Shown piece by piece: positions 46,438 to 55,505 of a stretch of 64,000 bases of DNA. The position numbers and the translations under genes are program-made. The notes beneath the pieces are model-generated. The model was given only the letters and a program-made list of their open reading frames with translations, had not been told where the DNA came from and made no database searches. How positions within the stretch are numbered: position 1 is the stretch's first letter; every line of letters starts with the position of its first letter. The DNA is taken from assembly GCA_035648735.1 (NCBI GenBank), contig DASRKX010000061.1:528-64527 (forward strand). Reading direction: 5' to 3'. The DNA comes from Stellaceae bacterium. Its GTDB lineage: Bacteria; Pseudomonadota; Alphaproteobacteria; ATCC43930; CGMCC-115725.

Positions 46438-47721
46438 CTAGGCGATCGAGCGGCGTGACTTTATGTCTTTGGACACGCCTGTGCTGTACCGGCGAAGCCA
46501 GACCGGCGAAATTCCAGATTTCAAAAATCGGTGCCACGACGTGGGTGGCAAATCGGCGAGAGTGTCGGCGGCGATGCCCCACGGACGCGGCTCGCCCAGA
46601 TGGTCGAGGAAATCGGTCACCGCCTCGCGCAGCTCGTCAGCGTCATTGTCGCGCACGAGGTGCCCCGGAAAGTCATATTCTTCCGCCATTTTCCCCAATA
46701 ACAAGCGTGTCTCTTCGGGCGCGCCGTTCGGCCGCAAGATCGACTTGTAATAGATCGTTCCCCCCGGTGAGGCGAATTCGAAGGGCAGCACGTTGACGAC
46801 CAGATGCGGCATGTTCCGGTAGATCGGCAGCCAGCTTCCGCCGCCGCATTCCAAAACCGCTACATCGCTTTCGAGCGCCGCGTAGAGGTAAAGCAGGTCG
46901 TGCGAGATACCGAGACCTTCAGCATCGACGACACCCTTGCCGAATTTTGCCCTGGTCTCATCGTCCAAAGACCGATCGCCAACGAGCAGGACGAGATAGC
47001 CGCGCGCATTCAGCGCCTGAATAGCCCGCCAATAGGATCGGATCGGCGAGCCGATCCTGCGGATGGAAGATGATTCTCCGTCGCTCGCCTCGCCCTTGCT
47101 GCGGAGATAAAGGCAGCAAAGCTTTTGCCGGCGTGGAGCGCAACGCGCCAGGGCCTGTTCCACCTTTTGCGTCAGCGCCGCCGGCAGGGCTGGCGCGGGC
47201 GCCGAAATTTTTTCCAGGAGCTTGAAATACCCGTAAATATAGTCCGCGGTGAGTCCGCGGCTTTGGGTGGTCTCACTGTGGCGGCGCGCCAAGCCGTAGA
47301 TTTCCTCCGGAGCGAGGACCGTCTTCTGGGGAAAGAGTTTTTTCAACACGCTGCACAGCCAAGGGCTTTTCAAGCCGATGAACCAGGGTATCCGGCGAAA
47401 ATGCCCGGGCCTGCCCCAGGCGAATTCGATCGGCAGGAAGATCAGCCGCACGTCCGGCCAGATCTTTTCGACGAGAGGATTGTGGCGGGTGCGCTGGAAT
47501 AGATAGAGGACCGTGATCCGGCGGCCAGGAAACATCCGGCGCACGAGATCCAAGCCGTGAATTGTATGGCCGAATCCACCTTGATGGAACACGATCAGAA
47601 TTTCGCTTGTGCTAACGTCCCGCCAATGCAGGGTTAGCTTCCCAGCGATCATCGCGGCCGAAAACAATGCGCTCGCGCATTGCATCGACCACCAGATCAT
47701 GGATTTGAAAGGGCGCCGCAT
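46438..47721 (-). CDS. Hypothetical protein (possibly a GT-B-like glycosyltransferase)
   Basis: Long ORF consistent with the operon frame. Start ATG 47721 (MRRPFKSMIWW) chosen because the upstream gene ends at 47780. No motif recognised with confidence. Confidence 0.6.
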   Translation of the reverse strand: MRRPFKSMIWWSMQCASALFSAAMIAGKLTLHWRDVSTSEILIVFHQGGFGHTIHGLDLVRRMFPGRRITVLYLFQRTRHNPLVEKIWPDVRLIFLPIEFAWGRPGHFRRIPWFIGLKSPWLCSVLKKLFPQKTVLAPEEIYGLARRHSETTQSRGLTADYIYGYFKLLEKISAPAPALPAALTQKVEQALARCAPRRQKLCCLYLRSKGEASDGESSSIRRIGSPIRSYWRAIQALNARGYLVLLVGDRSLDDETRAKFGKGVVDAEGLGISHDLLYLYAALESDVAVLECGGGSWLPIYRNMPHLVVNVLPFEFASPGGTIYYKSILRPNGAPEETRLLLGKMAEEYDFPGHLVRDNDADELREAVTDFLDHLGEPRPWGIAADTLADLPPTSWHRFLKSGISPVWLRRYSTGVSKDIKSRRSIA

Positions 47722-47779
47722 CGGTGGATTCGTTTCTCTCTTGCCTAGAGTGTTCGCTGGAAAATCGACGACGCGATCT

Positions 47780-48994
47780 TCACAACCGCGCGTGGCGGAA
47801 TACCTGTCGATGGATCGAAGCTCCGATCCTGTTAAAGGGAAGCGCATGTTCCAGGAACACGGGAAGGAAGAACGCTGTCGCCTTCGAACCCAACGATTTG
47901 TGATTCGCGAGTGTGTCGCGAACCAACGGCCGGTAGTTGAGATGGGCGCCAAGCTCGAGCGCGGCGACGAACGTCGCTATATCGGGCATCCCGCCGCTTG
48001 AGATGCGATCGACGTCCTGCTTCGCCTCGATGAAGTCCTGATCGAGCGCCCGCCACCCATAGCCGAGATCGGCAATCACCTGATACGCGCAAAGCCGCGT
48101 GAACGGATCATCCGGATTAGCGCGCGCGACGTCGCGCATGCCGAGAATCGCTGCCCAGCGATCGCCCAAAAGAAGTCTCTGCCGCAGATCAAGCAATTGC
48201 ATTTGCGCGTCGCAGATTCGGGAAACAACCGCTCCGCATGGACTGCCCTCGAAGATCACGCTTCGCTCCGGAAAACCTTTTCTGGCGGTCAGTGCCGAGC
48301 GTAAGGCGGGCGCAATGCCATGTTCGATATCGGCCACCGCCGCGATCGGCGTTTTTGCGACGGACAGGGCATGAAGAAGGAAAAAAGATTCTCGAATGCC
48401 CGTGATCGGCGCCTTGGGGATCAGCGCGGTGGTTGTGGGATCACGAACGACAATATCGTGCACGAAGCAAAGCTTTGTCCGCGGGACTAGGTTTTTGAGG
48501 TACCAGGCCGCGAACCACGCTTCATGGGCGCTGTCGATAAACAGGAAATCTACGTCGGGAATGTCCGCGGTAATGGCATCTCCTACATGAAGAACGAGCC
48601 GCGACCTATCTAACCGAGAAAGAAGATTTTCCGCGATGACGACTTCGGTCGGCTTGCCGTTCGTCTCCTTGGTGATTTCGAAGCTGAAGACGCGGCCGAA
48701 ATTATTTCTGGTAAGTGCGGCAAGAATGTAATTCGTGCTGTAGCCATGGCACGGCGAAATTTCGGCGATCTTATCCGGCCGCGCCTCGCGCAGCAGCATG
48801 TAGAGGATCTCCGCTTCCATATCCCCGAAATCAGCGCCGTAGCCTTCGGCTAGCATTCTTTCCCGCAGCGGCGCCAGCTCTCGCGTCAATTCCACGAGTT
48901 CGGACTGGTATTTTGAATAGAGCGCCGAAAAATATTCGGCGCTTGAGCCGCGGCTCATCAGATCGCCCGCATCGATGTTGAATGGGATTTTCAT
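47780..48994 (-). CDS. Class I SAM-dependent methyltransferase-like protein with C-terminal domain of unknown function
   Basis: IAEISPCHGYSTNYILAAL, VFSFEI, VDFLFIDSAHEAWFAAWYL (O-MT family 3 / Methyltransf_24-like pattern). Confidence 0.7.
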   Translation of the reverse strand: MKIPFNIDAGDLMSRGSSAEYFSALYSKYQSELVELTRELAPLRERMLAEGYGADFGDMEAEILYMLLREARPDKIAEISPCHGYSTNYILAALTRNNFGRVFSFEITKETNGKPTEVVIAENLLSRLDRSRLVLHVGDAITADIPDVDFLFIDSAHEAWFAAWYLKNLVPRTKLCFVHDIVVRDPTTTALIPKAPITGIRESFFLLHALSVAKTPIAAVADIEHGIAPALRSALTARKGFPERSVIFEGSPCGAVVSRICDAQMQLLDLRQRLLLGDRWAAILGMRDVARANPDDPFTRLCAYQVIADLGYGWRALDQDFIEAKQDVDRISSGGMPDIATFVAALELGAHLNYRPLVRDTLANHKSLGSKATAFFLPVFLEHALPFNRIGASIHRQVFRHARL

Positions 48995-49003
48995 ATCGGG
49001 CCC

Positions 49004-49933
49004 CTAGGCGCGCGCAAAGATTATGTTCGATGCCGGAACATCGGCTTCACGCGAACGTTCGGGCTTCGAGTCCCAAACGCTATAATCCGATACGACGTCG
49101 AAGCCGTGGCTCTTCAGGATATCGATGATCGCCAGATCCCTTAGCGACTTCTTGTTTATCTCGACCAGAAACGACTTCAGCGTTTCCAACTTCAATGTCC
49201 GACGACAGCCGTCGATGATTTCCGGCTCGTTGCCGTCAACATCGATCTTGATGTGGGTGGGCGATGGAAAGCCATGGTTGAGGATGAGATCATCGATGCT
49301 GGTTCCATAATTGACTTGGCGAAACCCGCTTTCGGCAGTTCCCCCCGCGGCCTTGAAGCTTTCTGGCAATTCTCTGCCGGCCGCGTCGGCGGTGTGAAAC
49401 AGGTTGTAGGCGCCGCCAAGGGTCAGATAGCGAACTTGCAACTCGCCATACCCCGGCTTGTTCGTGACCGCTGTGCAAGAAGCGCGAAGACAACCGGTGC
49501 CGAGCTCGTTGATGACCATGTTCCTCATGAGCAAGGCGTAGTTTTGCGCTTCCGGCTCGAAGGCGACGGTCCGACATTTGCGGAATTTGGCGGCATAGAT
49601 GGAATAGAGGCCGACATTCGCACCTATGTCCCAAAACACGTCCGATTCCTTGAAGCTGTCGAGCCATGGAATCGTCGTCGGTTCCTCGGTGTGGAACGTG
49701 AGAGCGCGCCACCGCAGCCGTCCGTGACCGGCATAGCATTTCAGCTTTCCGTAGCGCGTCGGAATCTCGATTATCGGATCGACCGCCTGCGCGATTTCGG
49801 TGGACAGGAAGCCCGCCTTGTTCAATCCCAGAAGCGAAATAATACCGTTTGCCAGCTTGCGCGCCGCCAACTGCTTGTAGGAGCGCGCAACATCGGCGCC
49901 CAGTGCTAACGGGTCGACTGTTTTTTTACTCAT
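49004..49933 (-). CDS. FkbM-family methyltransferase
   Basis: Trimmed to ATG 49933 (ATGA overlap). VFWDIGANVGLYSIYAA, VAFEPEAQNYALLMRNMVINEL, HIKIDVDGNEPEIIDG. Confidence 0.8.
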   Translation of the reverse strand: MSKKTVDPLALGADVARSYKQLAARKLANGIISLLGLNKAGFLSTEIAQAVDPIIEIPTRYGKLKCYAGHGRLRWRALTFHTEEPTTIPWLDSFKESDVFWDIGANVGLYSIYAAKFRKCRTVAFEPEAQNYALLMRNMVINELGTGCLRASCTAVTNKPGYGELQVRYLTLGGAYNLFHTADAAGRELPESFKAAGGTAESGFRQVNYGTSIDDLILNHGFPSPTHIKIDVDGNEPEIIDGCRRTLKLETLKSFLVEINKKSLRDLAIIDILKSHGFDVVSDYSVWDSKPERSREADVPASNIIFARA

Positions 49934-51090
49934 TTTGTCTCGCCATGCTTGTAGCAACTCGCGCAGATATCCGGAATTCGGCCGGCGAGATGATCCGCGC
50001 GGAATTTTCGATAGGTTTCGCCGTGCCAGACATCGCCGAATGATTTAGCGCCCTCGACGTTGCCCAATTCATACACGTCCGGATTCGAAATCATGCAGCA
50101 CGGAACCACCCGCATGTCGGATGACAAAAAACTGCGCTCGAACGGCCAGTTGCAAAGCGTTTCCGGCGACTTGACCGAAAAACGATCGAAAGTCTTCCAG
50201 AACCCCAGGGCGATGTCCAAATCACCGGCGCGGCGGAGCAGCCGATCAAGGCGATCGAGAAAGGCCTCGTCGACCGTGACGCGATCGCCGGAAAGCTGTT
50301 TCTCCCACTTCTCCAGTCCCGCGGCTTCCAAATCCATCCCGAAGCCGACGCTGGTGAAATCAAGCCGCGCGGCCAGTTCCAGCAAATCCTCGAGCTGATG
50401 GACGTTCAGCCGCTGGACCGTGGACCACATCTTGGTTCGCTTGATACCGAGGTCTTTGCAATAGCGATTGATCCTGGCGCAGTTGTCCAAAACGCGCTCG
50501 AAATCGGAACCCTTCCGAATGGCGCAGAAAATCTCCTCCGTGCTGCCATCGATCGAAATCTGAATTTCGTTCGTGCCGGCATCCACCAGCTTCTTATAAT
50601 TGTCGTGCAGGTGAAGCAGGGAGGCATTCGTAGTGGTACGAACCCAAATATGCTGGGAGCGCGCGTAGCGGATCATCTCGAAGACCGTATCGCCTTGCAG
50701 GAGTGGCTCGCCCAATCCCTGGAGCTTGATTTCGATGAGACCGACCTGTTCGTCGATGACCCGCTTGAAATCCTCAAGCGACATATCGCCGGCGCGCTGT
50801 CCTTTCGTCCACTCGCTTACCGAGCACATGGTACAGCGAAAGTTGCAGCGGCTCACATTCTCGATGTCGAGCTTAATCGGCAGGTAATCGAGATCGGTGC
50901 GGCGCGCCCCGGCAAGATAGCGCGCGTAATTCTCGCGACATCCCGAACGCGTTGATAGTGCCAATTCCAGTTCGCGGTCGTACGCCTCCATGCCCGCAGA
51001 AGGCTTCGGCTTCGGCAACGCCTGGAACCTGGCTATGAGAAGCGCAAGCGCCGCATCATCTGTCCCCGAAGTCTGATCGAGAGCGGTCAT
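49930..51090 (-). CDS. Radical SAM enzyme with Cys-rich SPASM/twitch-like C-terminal domain
   Basis: IENVSRCNFRCTMCSVSEW (CxxxCxxC). C-terminal LCNWPFERSFLSSDMRVVPCCM...DICASCYKHG. ATGA overlaps on both sides. Confidence 0.85.
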   Translation of the reverse strand: MTALDQTSGTDDAALALLIARFQALPKPKPSAGMEAYDRELELALSTRSGCRENYARYLAGARRTDLDYLPIKLDIENVSRCNFRCTMCSVSEWTKGQRAGDMSLEDFKRVIDEQVGLIEIKLQGLGEPLLQGDTVFEMIRYARSQHIWVRTTTNASLLHLHDNYKKLVDAGTNEIQISIDGSTEEIFCAIRKGSDFERVLDNCARINRYCKDLGIKRTKMWSTVQRLNVHQLEDLLELAARLDFTSVGFGMDLEAAGLEKWEKQLSGDRVTVDEAFLDRLDRLLRRAGDLDIALGFWKTFDRFSVKSPETLCNWPFERSFLSSDMRVVPCCMISNPDVYELGNVEGAKSFGDVWHGETYRKFRADHLAGRIPDICASCYKHGETK

Positions 51091-52208
51091 CTCAGCGCCT
51101 TTGCCATCTGGATGGCGTCATCGAGGACATCGTCAATGTCGAGAACATAGTCGTATTTGCCCATGCGGCCGATCGAGAATACGCCGTCCGGAATCATCGC
51201 GAGGTATTTCTTCGCTTTTTCGACTTCCGACGAAATCGGTACGGGATAGAGACGGTTGCGCATGGAAGGGATCTCAATCCCGATCAACGTGGTGGGCGAT
51301 TTGTGCAGCGTCAGTTTCTTGTACTCGACGACGCGGGTAACCGGCTGCGCGTTAGCGTAGTAGCAAAAGAAGACGTTCTTCGGAAAAACCTCTTCGATTG
51401 GCAGGACGATCGGATAGAAATCTCGGCCTATGAACCGCAGTTCGCCATGAACGTTGTTGAACAGAACATCGAGCGAAGCCGTGCTGACGATAATGTCGAA
51501 GGTAATCTTTTCGCCGTTCAGCACCACGGTCTTATTCGGTATATCGTATTTCTCGATGCGGGTTTTGAGCAACACCTTGGTGTCCGGTCCCGCCGTAGCA
51601 ATTTTAAAGAAATCGTCGTAGCCGTTAGCAGCATGCGGATAGCACGAAATCCAATCGTGAAAGACCTCGCGCGGCCCACTGGCGATATTCGGTCCCTTGG
51701 GCGACCAATTCTGGACGTTGTGGTCGATCGCCGACGGATCACTGACCTTCCACATCTTATTGTTGTAGTCGTGGATGAATTTCGCATAGAGCGTCGGACC
51801 CACCGAGTTGATCCAATAGTCTTTAAGATTGGCCGCGCCGCTCGGGCCCGGCGCCGCGTCCATTTCGGCGAGCACCTTCGCCGCGTCGGGCATCGAGCGG
51901 ATATCGTCGATGTGGATGGGATAATGGTAGAAGCGCTGATCCTGCTCGACGTAAGTCCAGAACAGATGCTCGTTGCAGCGCCGCAGCGGCACATAGGTGT
52001 TCAGGTACTCGTAGACATGGATCATGTTGGTCAGGAAATGGCGCGGGCCGAAGGTATAGGGGTGGCCGCCCTGATAGAAGGTCTTGCAGCCACCTCCAAG
52101 GAAGGCCGCGGTCTCCACCAGAGTGGTCTGCCAGCCGCCCAGCAGCTCGAGTTGATGGGCGGCGGCGCAGCCGCCGAAACCACCGCCAATGACCAACGCT
52201 TTTTTCAT
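51087..52208 (-). CDS. glf: UDP-galactopyranose mutase-like FAD-dependent protein
   Basis: MKKALVIGGGFGGCAAAHQL...FLGGGC. Blocks that parallel E. coli Glf from memory: YNNKMWK vs YTEKQWG, TRVVEYKKL vs TRIIEHKHF, GRMGKYDYVLDIDDVLDDAI vs GRLAEYKYYDMHQVISAAL. Confidence 0.7.
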   Translation of the reverse strand: MKKALVIGGGFGGCAAAHQLELLGGWQTTLVETAAFLGGGCKTFYQGGHPYTFGPRHFLTNMIHVYEYLNTYVPLRRCNEHLFWTYVEQDQRFYHYPIHIDDIRSMPDAAKVLAEMDAAPGPSGAANLKDYWINSVGPTLYAKFIHDYNNKMWKVSDPSAIDHNVQNWSPKGPNIASGPREVFHDWISCYPHAANGYDDFFKIATAGPDTKVLLKTRIEKYDIPNKTVVLNGEKITFDIIVSTASLDVLFNNVHGELRFIGRDFYPIVLPIEEVFPKNVFFCYYANAQPVTRVVEYKKLTLHKSPTTLIGIEIPSMRNRLYPVPISSEVEKAKKYLAMIPDGVFSIGRMGKYDYVLDIDDVLDDAIQMAKALR

Positions 52209-52259
52209 GGAAGATCGCTTTCTTATTCGAACGATTAAAGATTTTCTTGAGACGGCGTT

Positions 52260-53909
52260 TCAAATCTCGAGCAAGATGGTCGCATAGCGGCGCATCGAAG
52301 CGCGGTGGGAAACCGCTATGATGAGCAGGTCCGGAAAAGTTGCCCTCAACTGCTCCATGATCTGTCGTTCGGTGTCTTCGTCGATATTGGCCGTGGCTTC
52401 GTCCAGCAACAGAACATCGGGTCGGCGCAAGATGCAGCGGGCCAAGGCCAGCCTCTGCTTCTGCCCGGCCGAGATGCCTTCACCGGCCTCTTGCAGCCGG
52501 TGAGAAAGGCCGCCATCCAGGTCGAAGACGAATTCGGCGCGAGCGAGGTGCAGGGCCTTTTTGATTTCCGCATCCGAGACGTGGTTCGACTCAAACCCGA
52601 AGAGCAAATTGGTGCGGATGTCCGCATCGATTAGATAAGGCTCAGGCCCCGCATAGCCGAGACGACGACGCAGCCGCATCGGGTCGATCTTTTCAATCGA
52701 CATGCCGCCCCAGCTGATCGCACCTCCAAGCGGCTTCAGGAGGGCGATGAGCGTCAACAAGAGCGTGGTCTTACCCTTCCCCGATGGACCATGGATGAGG
52801 AGCGTATCGCCGCTGCCGGCCGAAAGGTCGAGCGGCGCGGCCAGGGCGACATCCCGGCCGAAACGAAGATTCTCGGCGACCAAGGGAAAAAGTCTCGGCG
52901 GCATGTCGTCGCCGGGAAGAATGGCGCGATCGCCGGGAAAAAGTTGCGGCAGATGCGTGACCAGTTCGGCGATATAGGGCCGGCTCTCGCCGAGCTGTCC
53001 CGCCGACGCGCCGAGGCTGCTGATGCTGGCCGAGGTGCGGTACAGCAGATAAACCAGCGGCACCAAACCGGCGACCGGAAGGAATTCCAGCCGGGCATTC
53101 AGCCAAAATATGCCCACGATCAGGAACGTTCCCGCGAGGTTCGGCAGATTGGTGCCGAAGGCATGCAAGACGAAATAGCGTTTGAAGGTGCGGATATGGT
53201 TCCGCGAAATCCCGATCAGCCGGTCGGCTTCGATCTCATTGGCGCCGCTAAGCCTCAGCAGATGGCTGTTCCGAATATCCTTGAGAAACGTCACGTTAAA
53301 CTGACGAAAAAGACCATACATGCGTTCGATATGCTTGCCGGCGACACGGCGCAGCAGCAGCAGCGACAGCCCGAGCACCACCGTAATCGCGAGCGCGATC
53401 ACCGTCAGTTGCCAGGAAATGTGGAACAACCCCGCCAGGATCAGGAGCATGAGGCAGAGCCCCACCGCGATCGTGGCCATGGAGTGCACGAAGTCGCCGC
53501 TCTTCGGAATCAAATGGGAAAGCAAATGCGAGGAACCGGCGACCGACATCACCGAGCGCTCGGTGAAGCCGCCTAAAACGTTTCGCACTAACGCCTCGCG
53601 CAGGCGTGCATTGAGTTGTTGGTTTGCAAAGGCCGGCAACATTTGACCCGTGAAGCGGAGAAACGCGGCAAGACAGGTGAAGATCAGGAGTGCCGTCACG
53701 GGAGAGAGCCCTAGGGTCAGATTTGAGGAAATCGGCGAGCCGGACACCAGATGGAAATCCACCAGGACAGCGTACAACACGGTGGCCGTGACGATCTCGA
53801 CCACGCCCAACGACACGCCCACGGGGATAGCGGCGATGAACAGCGTCGCGACTTTCGGCCCGATCAGCCGATAGAGCGCCGTCAATCGTTTAAAATTATT
53901 TTTAAGCAT
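52260..53909 (-). CDS. Fused TMD-NBD ABC exporter (MsbA/PglK-like architecture)
   Basis: 549 aa. N-terminal multi-TM region, then HGPSGKGKTTLL (Walker A), ISAGQKQRLALARC (signature), LLLDEATANID (Walker B). Confidence 0.9.
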   Translation of the reverse strand: MLKNNFKRLTALYRLIGPKVATLFIAAIPVGVSLGVVEIVTATVLYAVLVDFHLVSGSPISSNLTLGLSPVTALLIFTCLAAFLRFTGQMLPAFANQQLNARLREALVRNVLGGFTERSVMSVAGSSHLLSHLIPKSGDFVHSMATIAVGLCLMLLILAGLFHISWQLTVIALAITVVLGLSLLLLRRVAGKHIERMYGLFRQFNVTFLKDIRNSHLLRLSGANEIEADRLIGISRNHIRTFKRYFVLHAFGTNLPNLAGTFLIVGIFWLNARLEFLPVAGLVPLVYLLYRTSASISSLGASAGQLGESRPYIAELVTHLPQLFPGDRAILPGDDMPPRLFPLVAENLRFGRDVALAAPLDLSAGSGDTLLIHGPSGKGKTTLLLTLIALLKPLGGAISWGGMSIEKIDPMRLRRRLGYAGPEPYLIDADIRTNLLFGFESNHVSDAEIKKALHLARAEFVFDLDGGLSHRLQEAGEGISAGQKQRLALARCILRRPDVLLLDEATANIDEDTERQIMEQLRATFPDLLIIAVSHRASMRRYATILLEI

Positions 53910-53921
53910 CTGGTCGTCGGT

Positions 53922-54542
53922 TCAGAACCGAACCCGTCCCAAATGTCCGTCCTCAATGACGGCGTGACGGATGAACTGAGCCAGGACGTGCATCAGGCTT
54001 TGGTGGACATCCTCGGACACGCCGTAATTATCGGCCGCGACGTGGATGCCGATATCCGCGAGCGTCATCGCGGTACCGCCGTCGAAGCCGGTCAGGGCGA
54101 TGGTTGCAACCCTGTTGTCGCGCGCCCAGCGGAGCGCGCGGCAGACATTCTCCGAGTTGCCGGACGAACTGATCGCGATGAGCGCGTCGCCCGACCGCGC
54201 CGCCCGTGAAAGCTGAAACGCGAAGATTTCGGCGTATTCGATGTCATTGGCGATGGCGGTGATGATCTCGACGCCAGTGCTCAGCGACTGGACGCGCGGG
54301 CGCAGGTTGGTATGGGTGGACATGCCCTTGGCGAAATCGCAATGCAGGTGGTTGGAAATCGCCGCCGACCCGCCATTGCCGCAAGCGAAGATCTGACCGT
54401 CCTTTTCGACGGTCTCAATCAACAGACGCGCCGCACTATCGAGTGCTGCGCGGTCCACCGAGGCGAGCGCCCTTCCCACTTCCGCCGCATAGGCATCGAG
54501 ATAGGCGCCGACGCCGGAGAATTTCTGATCAGGGAAGATCAT
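53922..54542 (-). CDS. gmhA: SIS-domain sugar-phosphate isomerase, GmhA (sedoheptulose-7-phosphate isomerase)-like
   Basis: IFACGNGGSAAISNHLHCDFAKG, LIAISSSGNSENV, TIALTGFDGG. Confidence 0.8.
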   Translation of the reverse strand: MIFPDQKFSGVGAYLDAYAAEVGRALASVDRAALDSAARLLIETVEKDGQIFACGNGGSAAISNHLHCDFAKGMSTHTNLRPRVQSLSTGVEIITAIANDIEYAEIFAFQLSRAARSGDALIAISSSGNSENVCRALRWARDNRVATIALTGFDGGTAMTLADIGIHVAADNYGVSEDVHQSLMHVLAQFIRHAVIEDGHLGRVRF

Positions 54543-54551
54543 GTGCGAGTT

Positions 54552-55448
54552 TTAGCCCGCCACGCGACGGATCAACCGGCGAATGACGCTTGGGGAACTC
54601 ACCGGCTTTGGCGCATGAATCGTCTCGGGACCGCGCTCATTGTCGAAGACATAAAGCCGGTCACGATTGGCAGCGGGAACATTCGAAAGCGAAAACATCA
54701 CGGCCGGGAGTCGCGCGCTGAAATCACGACGCGCGAACCAGACGTTCATCACCAATCGCTCCTTCTTCGGCACCTCGGGCCGGTGCAGGCCGTGGGTATT
54801 GAAGAGGATCAGCGTGCCTGCCCTCTCGTTCATCGCCACCTGACGTTCAGGATCGGTGGGCACTTTATCGGACGGGAATAATTCTCCCTCGTGCAGCGGC
54901 ATAAAGACTGGCAGCGCTTCGGATGCCGAATCGAGAATGTAGCCCAGGCCCCCGCTTTCAACATCCGATAAATAGAGGATCGAGCGCAGTCGAACATCGG
55001 GAAACTTGGCGATCCCGTTCAAACTCTTGTTCGAGCCGCAATCGATATGCCAATCGAGAATTGGATCTTCCAGCGGCAAAGAGCGCTGCAACAGGCCGTG
55101 ATGGATGATCGGCCGATCACCGAGGAACTTTTCGACAAGATCGAGAAGAGCGCCGGTCGTGACGATTCGGGCGGCGGTAGCCGATACCAGGAATGGGTGC
55201 GAAAAATCACGCGTTCCTTCACTCATGGCGGTCTTGATCGACAGCTTGTTCGACTCTCCATAGATAAATCCCGGCGTCGTCGCCGTCTCGGCCGTATCGT
55301 GGAGTTGCGCGGCGTCTTGCGCAGGGATAAAACCGCGCAGTGCTGCGACGCCATTCCGCCGCAATGATTCCAGGATCCGCGCGGCTTCGGCCGGGGCCAG
55401 AGAATAAGGCGCTGCAACCTCGGTTGTTACTAGAGAGCGGTCATACAT
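54552..55448 (-). CDS. PhyH-like Fe(II)/2-oxoglutarate dioxygenase
   Basis: DWHIDCG (HxD) and LFNTHGLHRPEVP (distal His/Arg). Assignment by motif. Confidence 0.65.
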   Translation of the reverse strand: MYDRSLVTTEVAAPYSLAPAEAARILESLRRNGVAALRGFIPAQDAAQLHDTAETATTPGFIYGESNKLSIKTAMSEGTRDFSHPFLVSATAARIVTTGALLDLVEKFLGDRPIIHHGLLQRSLPLEDPILDWHIDCGSNKSLNGIAKFPDVRLRSILYLSDVESGGLGYILDSASEALPVFMPLHEGELFPSDKVPTDPERQVAMNERAGTLILFNTHGLHRPEVPKKERLVMNVWFARRDFSARLPAVMFSLSNVPAANRDRLYVFDNERGPETIHAPKPVSSPSVIRRLIRRVAG

Positions 55449-55505
55449 GACGCCACACCATGGAGGTCGTCGATATGCGGTCCAAACGACACATCAATAC
55501 CTCCA

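Noticed and set aside
46755-46765. C6 homopolymer inside gene 46438-47721, and T7/A7 runs at 49921-49927 and 31614-31620, considered as phase-variation tracts.
   Set aside because: The tracts are short. The T/A runs lie at gene junctions or untranslated spacers, and no frame disruption is associated with them, unlike the A6 run at 9266-9271.
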